Assembly (NCBI GenBank): GCA_023213395.1
Contig: CM041465.1
Span: forward strand, 200,763,741 to 200,827,740
Reading direction: 5' to 3'
DNA length: 64,000 bases
Origin: Cycas panzhihuaensis
Taxonomy: Eukaryota; Plantae; Cycadophyta
Shown here: positions 12,461 to 24,900 of the stretch, piece after piece
Position numbering within the stretch: the stretch's first letter is position 1
Layout: each line of letters starts with the position of its first letter
Position numbers and translations under genes: made by a program
Notes under the pieces: generated by a model
Database searches by the model: none
Told to the model about the DNA's origin: nothing
What the model saw: the letters and a program-made list of their open reading frames with translations, nothing else

Positions 12461-15304
12461 ACAAAATGAAAGTGAAGAGGAAGTTCGATATAGATTTTAA
12501 ATGAATACATGCATAATTTCAAGTTATGAATTTTGAATTATAGTTTTAGAATTAGATAAGATTCATAATAAAACTCTTACTTTTCTCTTTTTCTCAACAC
12601 TAGTTTAAAAAATTATTAAGAATAAAATATTCATAAGAATATTCTTGTTAAAATATTTGACCTTGAATAAAAAGTATGATAAACCCATCTTTTAACAATT
12701 AGACTTCTTATTTAGGTTTGATTATAAGGGTATCATTTATTTTTGTTGAGATCACAATAATAAAATAAAGGTTCTAATTTCCTTTAGAGACAAAAAGGTC
12801 CATCTTATATAATGATTAAATAGCATCAAAGTAATTTATAAACTTGAGCCTTATATATAGAAAATAAATCTTGGGCCACTTGAATCAAACCTTAGGGAGG
12901 AGGCTCTTGATTGGTATATAAAGAGAGTCTGAGAATAAATATCTAATTAAAAAATAATAAATTAGCATGTACAACCATATAATCATAAAATAAATACCAA
13001 AATATTAGAAAAAGGTAAATGCCAAACATTGAAGTATCAAATGCTTATATATTAATCCATGTTAAAAGAATGGAAAGGCATACATTTGATATAGTTGGGA
13101 TCCCTATTTATATTCCTAATAATTGGAATTTTAGGATCCAACTTCAATGAAGTATTAATAAAATATTATAACTAACTTTAGTCTTCTTATAATTCCTCCC
13201 TCACTAAGATACTCTATTCTTGAAATCAATCAATCTATCTATTTATAAATACTTTCCTTGCTCTTAATATATCCATATATTAAAATGCTTCACCTATTAA
13301 TCATCTGAAAGGAATTTATGTCTTCTATACACCACCTACTAAAGACATGACATTATAGATATTTGGTCCACCTATATGCCATCTCCTAATGTCATCTCAT
13401 ATATATCCCCTTCCTATTTGTGATATAAGTTGTACTATATAACTTTTAAGAGAGATCTTAGATATAGTAGATCATGGGACCTATATGTTATAAATTCAAC
13501 ATGTTAGAAGTACTATGTTATGCTTTTATATTATACCCATGGGAAATTATTATCAAAATAAGAAAAAGGCTTAGGGATTAGGAGATGAGTTGGGTATGAA
13601 TAAGGGGTACAAATTAAGAGGGATAGATAAGGTTTTGTGGTTATACATGTGTTAGATGGGAATATATGGGACAAACAAGTAGGTGATGTGTTATATAGCT
13701 ACCATCAATAGTGGGACCTAACTTCTAACATATGTGACTAAGGGACTTGATCAATAGTATTAGTCATTAATATTTGTATGTAGGTTGCTTATTCTTACTA
13801 ATGGCATGTATGCTACTTACACTTGCCAATGGAATTTTATGAAGGATGCCTTAACTATCTTTATAAGTCCCTAAGAAATATAGGAGGAGAATTATTATAA
13901 ATATAAAATCTTATATATGGCATATTGTAGTATTTCTTTTGTTACTGTTTTGGTGCTCTTATTCTATAATCCATATTTTTTATTAATCAAGGTTGACTTG
14001 CATTGCTATTAAAATTGTTATTCTCTTTGGGCACTATTATTTAAATATTTATGGTGGTAATTAGGAAAGAGTTGTCCGAAGTAGTATGAAAGCTTGGTTT
14101 AGGGGACTCTTTAGTGGCAACAAGGCAAAAGTAGTAGATTTTTAGCAATCTAATTGGGATTATTTTTTCTTTTTATGATATCTACAACTCTTTCTTTTCT
14201 ATAATATTTTTCTCTCTTTTTGCAAGTAGTGGTCTAGGTAGAAACCTTATTCAAAGGATTTTAAAGTACCCATAGGGAAGTTATCATTGTCATCTAAACA
14301 TTATTGGGGATAAAATAACATATGAAATGAGGTTATATATGCAGTAATACCTAGGCTTTAAACAAAATCTATACATAAAATTGAGCCTCCACATACCCTC
14401 AGGTATATAGGAGGATCCTTGTAGGATTTTTTGAAGCCTTAGAATAGGTGACTACTCTATTATTTATAACCTATAGTACACTTATTAGTGGTTAGTACTA
14501 TGAAGACACTCTTTACAAATATATCAAAAATAGATAACATGATTATAGGTATGGTAATTATCTATTATTAATTCCCTAAGATATTGGGTTGGTGCTATTA
14601 ATAACTAAGAAGTTTATAAGATAACCTACATAGTAGGCAAGTACCAAGTTAAATGTTTATCTAAGCATTAGTTGTTTAACTTCTATTTTTAAGTTAGTAA
14701 TGAAATTTTCTTAAAACTATCATTTGTAGGTTCAATATTGTTAAAACCCTTATTAATAGACACTATATTAGAAAAATAAAAGAACTCTATAAGATTAATT
14801 CTATAAATATTAACTTTTTATACATGAAACCCTTACCAACAATCCTTACATTACAAAAAAAGAAAAAACAAAAATTTTTACCTACATCATTTTAATGACA
14901 ACATCATGCCCATCATTTTACATTTAGTTTTAACCCTTATTTTATGAAAAAAATGACATATAGGCACCTTATAGTCCCCGTGGCTAAAAGTTTGGTGCAT
15001 AATCATAACTTCATCATCTTAACAAGTATATCACACTTGTCCTAGTATACCAAGTGAGCATCTTACATAATTTTTAGAGTAAACAATCTAAATGCACCCC
15101 ATATAGACTTTCTTGTGATCATGGGGTTAATAGGATATAGATAAAACCCCCTCTCTCCCACAATTCTATATCATATTTTTAAACTCTTTATTTATATTCT
15201 TTCTATCTAATCCAATTTTCTTTAAATCCCTTCTTCTTCCATAATCCCTCTTATTTGAGTCCCTTTCTCTTAACTTATCCCATCAACTTATATTATTTTA
15301 TATA

Positions 15305-16320
15305 ATGGCTCCTCCTACTTAGGTAGATCAAATTTTAGTAATGGAAACTTAGTACAACACTTTAAATGATGATATCATGAAGCTATCTAATGAGATTAGG
15401 AAGCTTTCCATGTAAATATCTAATACACCCACCACCTTTAATTCAACTGGTAGCTCCCCATCACCTCCATCCCCCTTTACTATATCCCTACCACATTAAC
15501 ATCCACTCCACCAGAAAATTACCATCCTAACATTTGATCCTAACCTTAATAAGGAGAATGTATAAAACTAGATTAACAAGTTAAAGTCATACCTCTCTCT
15601 GATACCTATATCACTAGATGATAAATTAACCTTTACCTCTATATAACTTTAAGGAAAAACATATTATTAGCTCTATTGGTGGTAATGTGAGAATCCCATC
15701 AACCAAATGTGGGACTTATTTTATCAATGTTCCTTCGATTAGTATGAAGATATATGGAATCAATCCTTCTTTAGTTAGCTTACCTATCTTAAATAACCAA
15801 CATTGATTGAAGAATTCTATGCCCTACATAAACAAGTTTCTCAATCCCTTGATTAATAAACCATCATTGATGTATAGATAGAGAGAGAGAGACTTAAGGG
15901 CCACATACAAATATGCCTTAAGCTTATTCCTTTAATGACTACTAGGGAAGCCATATCCATGGAAAATGAGATTAAAATAGACTTTATGATATAATGATTA
16001 ACTATTTTCTAGTAAGATCCTCCTAGGTACTAGCGCCCTTATTCTAGAAGTCAATAATTCCTATACTCATGTACATATGATATACAATGCTTAAGAACAA
16101 ACTCTCCTTTAAATCAATTGCATGTTTTTGTAGTCAAAGTAAATAGGCATTAAGAGTTTAACCTCTACATCAAGTGCTAAGTAAAATGGTCCCTTAATTA
16201 TAGCAATGTTTATAATGCTAGTAGATGGCCTTCAACAACAATCCAAAGAGGCCAAACAATGCCAAATAGGAACAACAATCTAACTAAAATATAGGTTGCT
16301 ATGAAAGAGTAGGAAGAAGT
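15305..16320 (+). pseudogene. gag: Ty3/gypsy (chromovirus-like) gag remnant
   Basis: KITILTFD..INKLKSYLSL..LDDKLTFTSI*L*GKTYY*LYWW resembles Retrotrans_gag. Interrupted at 16328 by the Tat LTR. Confidence 0.6.
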
Positions 16321-17585
16321 AGCTAGATGTATGGCAAAGAGATGACCATACTCCACCCTAGTCTATCCTTAAGGAAACCCATAAAGGGTAGAACTTTTAG
16401 CATATATTTCAATTCTAAAAGTCTAAAAAATAATCCAACAATAATCAGCCAATGAAAAGAAATAATTCTAAGCTAAAATTACCTTCAAGACAGCATGAAA
16501 CAAGCTTGAAAGCCCATAGGAAAGATCTTACCAACTCCAAGGAAGTTTGAAGCAAAAATTGATGAAGATCCAAAGAGATAAAAGCTTAGACCATCAATAA
16601 TTGAGTAGTAGTAGCACAACAATAAAACTTCTTTGAGATTTCACCTAATAACTTCAAAAAATCAAGTCTCCAAGAACCACATCAATAGTCCTTAAGAATT
16701 CTCTAAGAAGTTCACAAAATCTCTCAATGAAAGAGCAAGAATCACTTCTTCCTCTCTAATTCTCAACTTTCTTTCCTACTATATTTCTCTCCCTTTCTCA
16801 TCAAAAACTATGATCAATAATCCCTTTATAACACTTTTGGGCATTGAGAGAGTCAAATCCCATCAAATTTGGGTGGTGGCATGTAAAATTTTGGTGTGGT
16901 AGCTAAATTTTACATGCATGCAGTTAAAAATATGGTGATTAGTTAGAAGGCAAAAATAACTCATTAAAAAGATCAAAAAATATTTTTTATTAATAAATTA
17001 AGGCATAAATGACTTTATTAATGAGGAGAGGGGCCCAAAACATGATGAAAATAATAAACACAAGCCCAAAAATGATAAAAAAATTAGGTGAAATCAAGGA
17101 TTAAAAAAATTTTAAAATAACAAACTTTGAAAGAAGCATAGGGTTAAGTTAGTCATAAAGAAAACTTTGTTGCCATAGTTTACATCATCTATGGAATGAT
17201 AAGAATACAAGCTATAATATCATTTATTACATTTCATCAATTAATAATCACACACCATTTCAACAAAACGAGACCCAATCCATCAAGTAGAATCAACATA
17301 CATCAATCACTACTAATAAAACCATATAACATGTATCAATTTACTAACATAATATAAATACAACTAAGGAGGCCAAGTTTTGGTGAAACATTTATCCCCT
17401 TGGCACTTGAGGCTCCTATTCTAAAAAGAGACATAAGATGGTAAGATGTGGTAATGATGTGAGTATTTGTTGCTCTAGAGAAAGTGATAGGGACTAATGA
17501 AATGTATGGATGATGGAGTACTATTTTTTATGGTGGGATGAAATCTATAATATAACTTGAGTCTAAAAACTTCTATTGGTAGAGT

Positions 17586-18430
17586 TACTCAAAATGATTG
17601 AGTAGTCTTAACCAAAAGAGGTGTCACTCATATTCCTTGCCTAAAAGGACTAGGCATCTATCAAATTACCTAAGAGGACTTGGTATCAATCACGTTACCC
17701 AAAAAGGGCTGGGTATTCAACTCTGTACCCAAAAGGACTAGGTATTCAACTTATAAACATCATTATGTTTTTCTTATCACCTAAAAGAACTAGGTACCTA
17801 CTGTTATCAAAAACTTACCTAATATTTACAAACTGGATGGGACCTTCACCTTCAAATAAGCACTATCTACTGTCCACAAATAGGATGGGACTTTATTAAC
17901 AAATGTCCACAAACTGGATGGGCTTCTAATATATATTTGGTTATAGTTTATCTCTCATTAACTGAGTATCATAAGAAAGTCTTTTTGCTAGAGCAAAAGG
18001 ATAGATTGTCAGCTTAAGCTCATTAACAAGTGATATTTTGAAGCAAACCCATCATAGTTTAGCCTTGTTAATGGGGTGAGGTCTTTTAGAGGGTGATTGT
18101 CATCTTTTAACCTCATTAACAATCGACTTCAAAGGGATCCCTATCATAGTTTAGGCTCATTAATAAGTATGGAGGTATCAGAGAAAACCCATCATAGTTT
18201 AGCCTCGTTAATGGGGTGAGGGCTTTTAAAGGGTGATTATCATGTTTTAACCTCATTAACAATCAACTTCAGAGGGATCCCTATCATAGTTTAGGCTCAT
18301 TAATAGATATGGAGGTCTCAGAGCAAGGTCTTATTATAGTTTATACTTATCGACAAGGAAATGGAAGGTCAGAGTTTGTTGTCCTTTCCTAGTTTAGACT
18401 CATCAATAGGTACCTAAAAGCTCAGAGTGA
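17586..18430 (-). repeat. Three consecutive families of short hairpin repeats in the Tat 3' UTR, including a 140-bp higher-order duplication (18041-18180 / 18181-18320)
   Basis: Plus-strand loops AAAAGGACT (6 copies), CAAACTGGA (3 copies) and CATAGTTTAGGCTCATTA-like (10 copies), most closed by 5-6 bp inverted stems. Confidence 0.9.
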
Positions 18431-19269
18431 TTACTTGTCTCCAAACCTTTTATCCCCCCTATTCTCATTTATATTTGAGCATAGGATGCATTCGTTAGTG
18501 TGATTTATCCAATAAAATATATAATGATTTTTATTATTTTTATACTTTTTCTATTCTTTTATGGTTACATAGTTTTTCGGTATTTTTTGTAATACTATAT
18601 ACATGGTAGTTTATATTCATTCTAGAGTAGAATGGTTTAAGAAAGATAAGGTTAGGGGAGGAATAAAAACTAAAACTAGGAGATAAATAAAAGATTAAAA
18701 TGGGGTAAGTTAAAGGTTTACTTATTCTATTTTCATAAACTTAAAATCATCTGGAATATAAACAGTAATAAGTTTATGAAAGAAAAAGATGGAGTAATAT
18801 AAATCTCCAAAAAGGAAATCCATATAACTCACATCATACTCTTGGTAGATTATATAAATATAGGATAATCCCACACTTATATAATATATCATAAAGGAAG
18901 TAAGTCATTTAGTAAATGAAACTAATCTCACTCAATAAATGACTAACTACCTGAGTATATTAGATTCTTCATTGGCTCCTTCCAAGAGCAAGAAGCTTTT
19001 AAGAACTTGCCCCCTACCAAGATCCTCCATGGCCCAAGATTCCCACGTGGGTCTAGCCCTTTCACATATCTCGCTTAAGTCTCATACCTATCATCACAAT
19101 CTCATGACTACCCAAACCTACAGTCTTACCAAACTAATAGTTTATACTCATTGCAGAGTGGTGGTTTATACTCATTCTAGAGTAGGGTGGCCCCAATTAG
19201 AAGAAGAAAAGTCAATCAATACAATCATCAAGGATTGAGGAAATTATAGCGTCAGCTTTGAGATTAAAG

Positions 19270-19900
19270 GAACATGGTACATAATGGATAATTACTAAGG
19301 TAAATAGGGACAACAATGATGAGGGCTGATGATGCAAAGAAAGGAGTCATAGAGAGTGGACTTGGTACATCCTAACTAACTAATAAATCACAACCTCAAA
19401 ATTGACATACAAAGTAATAGGCCCAAGATAAAAGTAAGTGACATCTGATAAGGCTCCTATAATTGTAAAATATTAAACTTCATTATTGATTGCTCTAGGT
19501 ATAAAGAAACCTGTAAAAAGGAGGGGACTTCCTAATTGGTCATAAACCACCCAAGCAGAAGTAGACGGTCTTGGGTTTCCTCTACTACCCCGATCGATGA
19601 AGATACTCAATGTCATGAGAATGAGAGGATCTAAACTAGGAGACTGTGTGATCAATGAAGGAAGGTGCAAGAATCAATCAGTAAGGAGATGGTGGTAGAA
19701 ATAGATCTTTGACTATGATGAAGTAAGAAAAAGAAACCTAAGTAAGATAATTATGATCAAGCTCTCAATTAGGGTTTGATTGTAACTGAGGCCACGGTGG
19801 ACCCAAGCAGCTAGATCTGAAAATCCTAAATGACTCATCCAAATGAACCCAACCTATAGATAGATAGGTGGTGATGAAGCCATCATGCAAGTTGCACTAG
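19270..19900 (-). pseudogene. Additional archaeal-type RNase HI (aRH) with N-terminal extension, disrupted
   Basis: LSIFIDRGSRGNPRPSTSAWVVYD..FFIPRAINNEV matches the DG.SRGNPG..G..TNN.AEY motif of aRH. Confidence 0.85.
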
Positions 19901-20777
19901 ATTACAAGAGGATGAAAATAATAAACTTAGTTTTTACTTTCTTTCAACTTTTTTTTTTTTCTTTGTTTCTTTTTTTGCTTCACTTTTTCTTTTTTCTTTT
20001 TTTTTTCTTTTTTACTTTTCACTTCCACTTTTCATAAGAACAAGATCATAATTATCTTCTTAAAAAACTCTTCTACTTAACACAATAAGGATTTCTTCTT
20101 TTTATTAAAATCTTAAAAGGGAAAAGGGCCAATCTCTTTAAAGAATAAACCATGAGAAGCAAAAAAGAAAATAAAAAACATGGTGTCTCCAAGTGTGAAG
20201 GGAAAGCAACAGAATGAGTATATGTTTCGAAGGAATAATAAAGAGAACTAAGGATAATAAAAATAATCAACAATTGGTGGTATATGACTGAAAAGGGAAT
20301 CCCAAAGTTTACTAACTAGCAAGTAAAAGTGAGGTCTGAATTAACAAGGTAACAAACTGACAAATAAAAGTAAACTCTCGATGGATGAGTGAATACTCGA
20401 AGCTAACAAGGGGTGTTTCTCTTTCTGATATGAAAGTATAATAAAGGTGGGGATGTAGGTCCTCTTTTGAGTGTAAGACTCAAAGGAGAACAAGATCCAA
20501 ATGATGGTAAACCCACAACCAATGTAAGTACTAGAAAGAGCACATAATTTACATGATTATGGGCAAGATCTATCACAAAAACACCACAATGCTTAACGAA
20601 AGGAAGAAAGTATCAGAAAGAAAGGAAGATTTTTCCCATAATTTTAGCTCATTAGACAAAGATATAAGTTTTCAAGCAACTAATATTTTGAAAAGAAGGG
20701 ATTTGCCCATAGTTTAAGCTTATTAGGTAGGGGTATTAGCTTTAGAGCCGTAGTTTATTCTTGTTGTGTGCATGCTG

Positions 20778-21980
20778 CTAAGCATAAAACATTCTCAAAT
20801 ATTGAGAATTAATAGGTCTCTTGAACTCTAATCCTTCCAATGTTGAAATTTGGTAGGCTCCATTAATTAAGTCCTTAATTACCAAGAAAGGTTCTATCCA
20901 TTTAGGAGAAAACTTCCATTGCCTATCGTGCAAATAATCCAATTTCAAAACCTTGTCACCCACATTAAACTTTCTAGGAATAAGTTACCTATCATGTATA
21001 GCTTGAACCCTAGATTTAGACATGGCATTATTTTGTAAGGCTTACAAGTAAGTCGTATCTAACTTCTTTAGCTCCAAAAGGTGAGCTTCCCTTTGGAACT
21101 ACTTATCAATAAATTCCTTCAATGAGATGCATAGAGAAGGAATTTTGACCTCTAATGATAAAATAACTTTAACACCATAAACAAGAGAGAATGGTATCAT
21201 ACCTATAACATTTCTAATGGTAGTCCTATAGGCCCATAATGCAAGAAACAACTAAGAGTGTTAATCCCTATGAGAAGTAGCAATAGTCTTAGCTAAAATA
21301 TTAGCTAAGATCTTATTAAATGCTTCTACTTGGTCATTCACCTAAGGATGATATAGGGCAGATATCCTATGAGTAATATGAAACTTACTACATAGTTCAC
21401 TAAGATGGTGATTACAAAATAAACTTCCATTATCAGTAATGATAATATCCAATATTCCAAATCTATAAATAATATACTAAAGTATGAAAGTAGCGATGAT
21501 CTTTCCAATAACGAAGACTAATAAGATAGCTTCACACCATTTCGTAAAGTATTCAGTTATAGTTAGAATGAATTTATGCCCATTTTAAGATGTTGGAAAG
21601 ATCTGTCCAATGAGGTTAAGGCCCTATTGGGAGAAAGGCTAAGGTGAAACTATGGATTTCATTTCTTACATAGGTTGATGGATTAAAGTTATGTGGGATT
21701 GGCATTTCTGGCATCTCTAGATGAAAGAGTGGGCATCCTTAAATAAGGTAGGAAAAAATAACCTATATGAAGAATGTGTTGGGCCATTGATCAACCACCA
21801 AAATGTCCACCATATATACCTTCATGATATTCTTTTAAAGCAATTAAAGATTCATCAAGTGAAAGACACCTGAGTAGAACTCCATCAAAAGAATGCTTGT
21901 ATAAGGTATCATCTAACAAAAGATACTATCTAGCAGTAGCACGAATTTGTCTTCTCTTCTTTGAGGTAGTAAGAGATGGA
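20778..21980 (-). pseudogene. gypsy integrase with GPY/F tail, disrupted
   Basis: HEGICGGHF zinc finger, IITDNG, LWAYRTT, TGMIPFSLVYG, and GDKVLK..KFSPKWIEPFLV..NGAYQI..INSQYLRMFYA. Confidence 0.9.
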
Positions 21981-21999
21981 TTTTTTTCTAACATGGTAT

Positions 22000-24900
22000 T
22001 ATTAGAATAATGCCTATTGGGGCTCATATCTACCTAGGATTTGTTACCCATATTGGAGAGATAATTGAGATATTAGCGGAGATATTATTATGACTCTATG
22101 TCAGACCTTAGCTACACATTATTAGATCTTGGCAACATCCATTCTGATGTTTGTCAATTCCAGTCAGTGATGGATATTGAGTGGTGTGTCACATCCCATT
22201 CACATCCCACTTATTTATCTATGGGGTCTGATGACCTTGTTATTAATTAATATTTCCATTCTATCAGATTGTTAATTTGCTCTTTCATACATTCTCCATA
22301 CTCCCTCTATCCCCTGATTCCATCATTTGGTATTAAAAATAGAGTTTAGGAATTCTAATCTTAGTTCAAGCATTTGAAGCCATCTTCCTATTACAAAAGT
22401 AATTATTCAAGAGCCAAGTTTGAAGAAGTATTTGAGAAGTCAAAGTTATGAAAGAAGTCTTATGAGGAGTTTTTATCACATGTATTACCAATACATTTGA
22501 GTTATCAATCAATATTTCTTTACTCATTTTCATAAGTTTATTTTTCTTAAATGCTATCAATCATTTATATCTATTGGTACTCTATTTGAAAGAAGTTTCT
22601 TCCATTATATGCTTGAGTGTTTCATCTAATCCATGTGAAGGAGATCTCACTATTATGAAGCCTGACTCATTACCAACTTATCTTGCCTAGAGAAGTAATT
22701 GCTTTGCCTTACCTTGTCTCATTTCTTCTCATAAATTCTCTATATTTATGTGTCACTTATATCTGTATGAAGGCTCTACCTAGCTTGTATTTACATCTGA
22801 TCCTTCCCCTTAGCATTAGTCAATCCATTACAAATCCATGCATTTGCATCCATAAGAGAGTGTCTCTATTCGTTTGTTTATAAACTCTACTGGAGAAAAG
22901 AGTGCTTCCATTGAAGGCACTGATGATCAAATAATATAGTCATAGTTTTTTAAGCATCATTGAGTTAATCCCTACATGGACTACATCCTCTTTCTGCTAC
23001 TACATGGACTATATCTATTTTTTGCTTCTACAGGCGATAAAGTTAACCAAACAAATGACATTCTCAACTATATATGGCTATCATATTAGCTTCATAAGCT
23101 ACATAGCCAAATGACCAATGGCTACATATTGCTTATTTTTCAAAATTGTATAGGCACAAACATATTTCTAGCATTTGGTGAATAACTGCTACTAATTTGG
23201 GGTCATTTTCATACGAATATTATTTTTAGGAATTTTTCCTACTACACTCTTACCATTTATGCTTATATCTATGTTGTTCAAATATTATTTTAAAATAGTT
23301 GAGCTTTATTATGTCACTATCATTATAGATGCATCCTTATTATTACAACTATTTTTCACATGCAAAATATTTTTAATATTTCACTTTACAAAAGTTTGTG
23401 GTACATTATAATTCTTTAGTGATGATTGAAAAAAAATATTTTGCATCCTTTCTTTGACGTATTAATACATTTTTACTTTCATAGATTTGCACATAGAGAT
23501 TTATGTCATATAATGAATTCATTTAGTATTACTTTAATTTCTACTTCTACATGTATTCATAGTTATGCAAGCATATTGTCTATAGTCTATGTATGCATTA
23601 TTTCATCTGCAAAATAATCTATTTGCATTAATGGACTTTTCATTTAATTATATATATTAAAAGAGGCTAATTTTTCTTGTGGTCCCCACATTTGAGCTAT
23701 TGACAATATGCACCCAATCATTGTTCAAAAAGGATCTGTTGTAGGTTATATGTAGCAGTTAAAGTGACCTAGTTTAGTTTTTTCAGAGGGGACCAAGGTA
23801 TTTTTTCAAGTTGTCATTTAAAGATAAGATCTATTTCTACTTTGATAGCTATAATTTTCACCAATTGAGTCAAAAGTTAGTTTAGACAACATCAACTTAG
23901 AGTTCATTCTCATGTGGTTGAATAAGTAATCACATGGCCATATTCCATTTTAGTTTGATATACTTTTTAATGAGTTAAATTGATGCAAACTTTATTTGAG
24001 TCTTTGATGTTAAAAGGCCAACTTTTTGTAAAACATTTTCAAATATATCTTAAGCATTTAATATCAAAATTTAGTTATGTTTAAAATGTTGGACTCTATT
24101 TTCTGTCCTATAGTGAGTGGTAAAGACTTTAAATTTTTTGGGATTATCTTATATAATATTTTTATGCTCAAAAGTGACACTAATGAAGGACTTCCTGCAT
24201 GATGTTCCTTATTTAAACTAGTCAAAAATCAATTTGTAATCCCCCACTAATATAAAATATTATCTTTTGAGGTGATAAAAGTCCCAATTAGGATATTTAT
24301 CTTAGTCCTAGAGGTGAAATGGGACACATCTTGTGTTTTTTGAGTATATCTCTATTGTCTTTTTAGTGCTTTTAGTTAATTTTATTTTAAGCACTTTTTA
24401 CATTTGAAAAGTTATTCTTTCAAGGCAATTTTTTTACTATGGCATGGAATATTGGAAATATAATAGTGCCTATATTTAATGGTATAAACTTTCTTAGTTG
24501 AAGTAGGTGAATGAAGCCTATTTTTATTACAAAAGATGTGGGTACTTATTGATATAGGTTATGGTTTGATTGATGAAGATGCCACTGAGGATGAAAGGAA
24601 ATACTATAAGGAGAATAAGAAGAAGGATAATGAGGCACTTGTACTAATCTTTTGTCAATTAGAAGACCATATCTTTTCTAAAGTCAGTGAAGTTGTAACA
24701 TTAAAGGAGGCTTGAAACCCACTCAAGACAACTTATGAAGGAGTTGCATCGTCTAAACTATATACCTTAAAAAGTAAATTTGAAAATCATAAGATGATAA
24801 CTCATGAAGGAGTTAATGAGTTTATTACTAAGGTCAAGGATTAGTTAACTAGATGAGATCCTAAGGAGAAATGATTAGTGGACAAAAAGTTGTTGAAAAA

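Larger units (their letters stand above)
16328..21980 (-). mobile_element. Tat-type gypsy element, 3' half (INT, separate aRH, hairpin arrays, PPT, 3' LTR 16328-17390); 5' part lost
   Basis: Integrase at 20778-21980, aRH at about 19270-19670, PPT AAGGGGATAAA next to the LTR start TGTTTCACC at 17390, and LTR end CATACA at 16328. Confidence 0.85.

Noticed and set aside
12460-15300. LTR/PPT-like fragments (CCTCCCTCACT near 13195, AGGAGGAGAAT near 13883)
   Set aside because: Too decayed to define termini or a family; probably TE-derived but left unannotated.
17586-18430. CRISPR-like repeat-spacer appearance
   Set aside because: Eukaryotic retrotransposon context, no cas genes, degenerate repeats, and 'spacers' that are short, pair as stems and are themselves duplicated.
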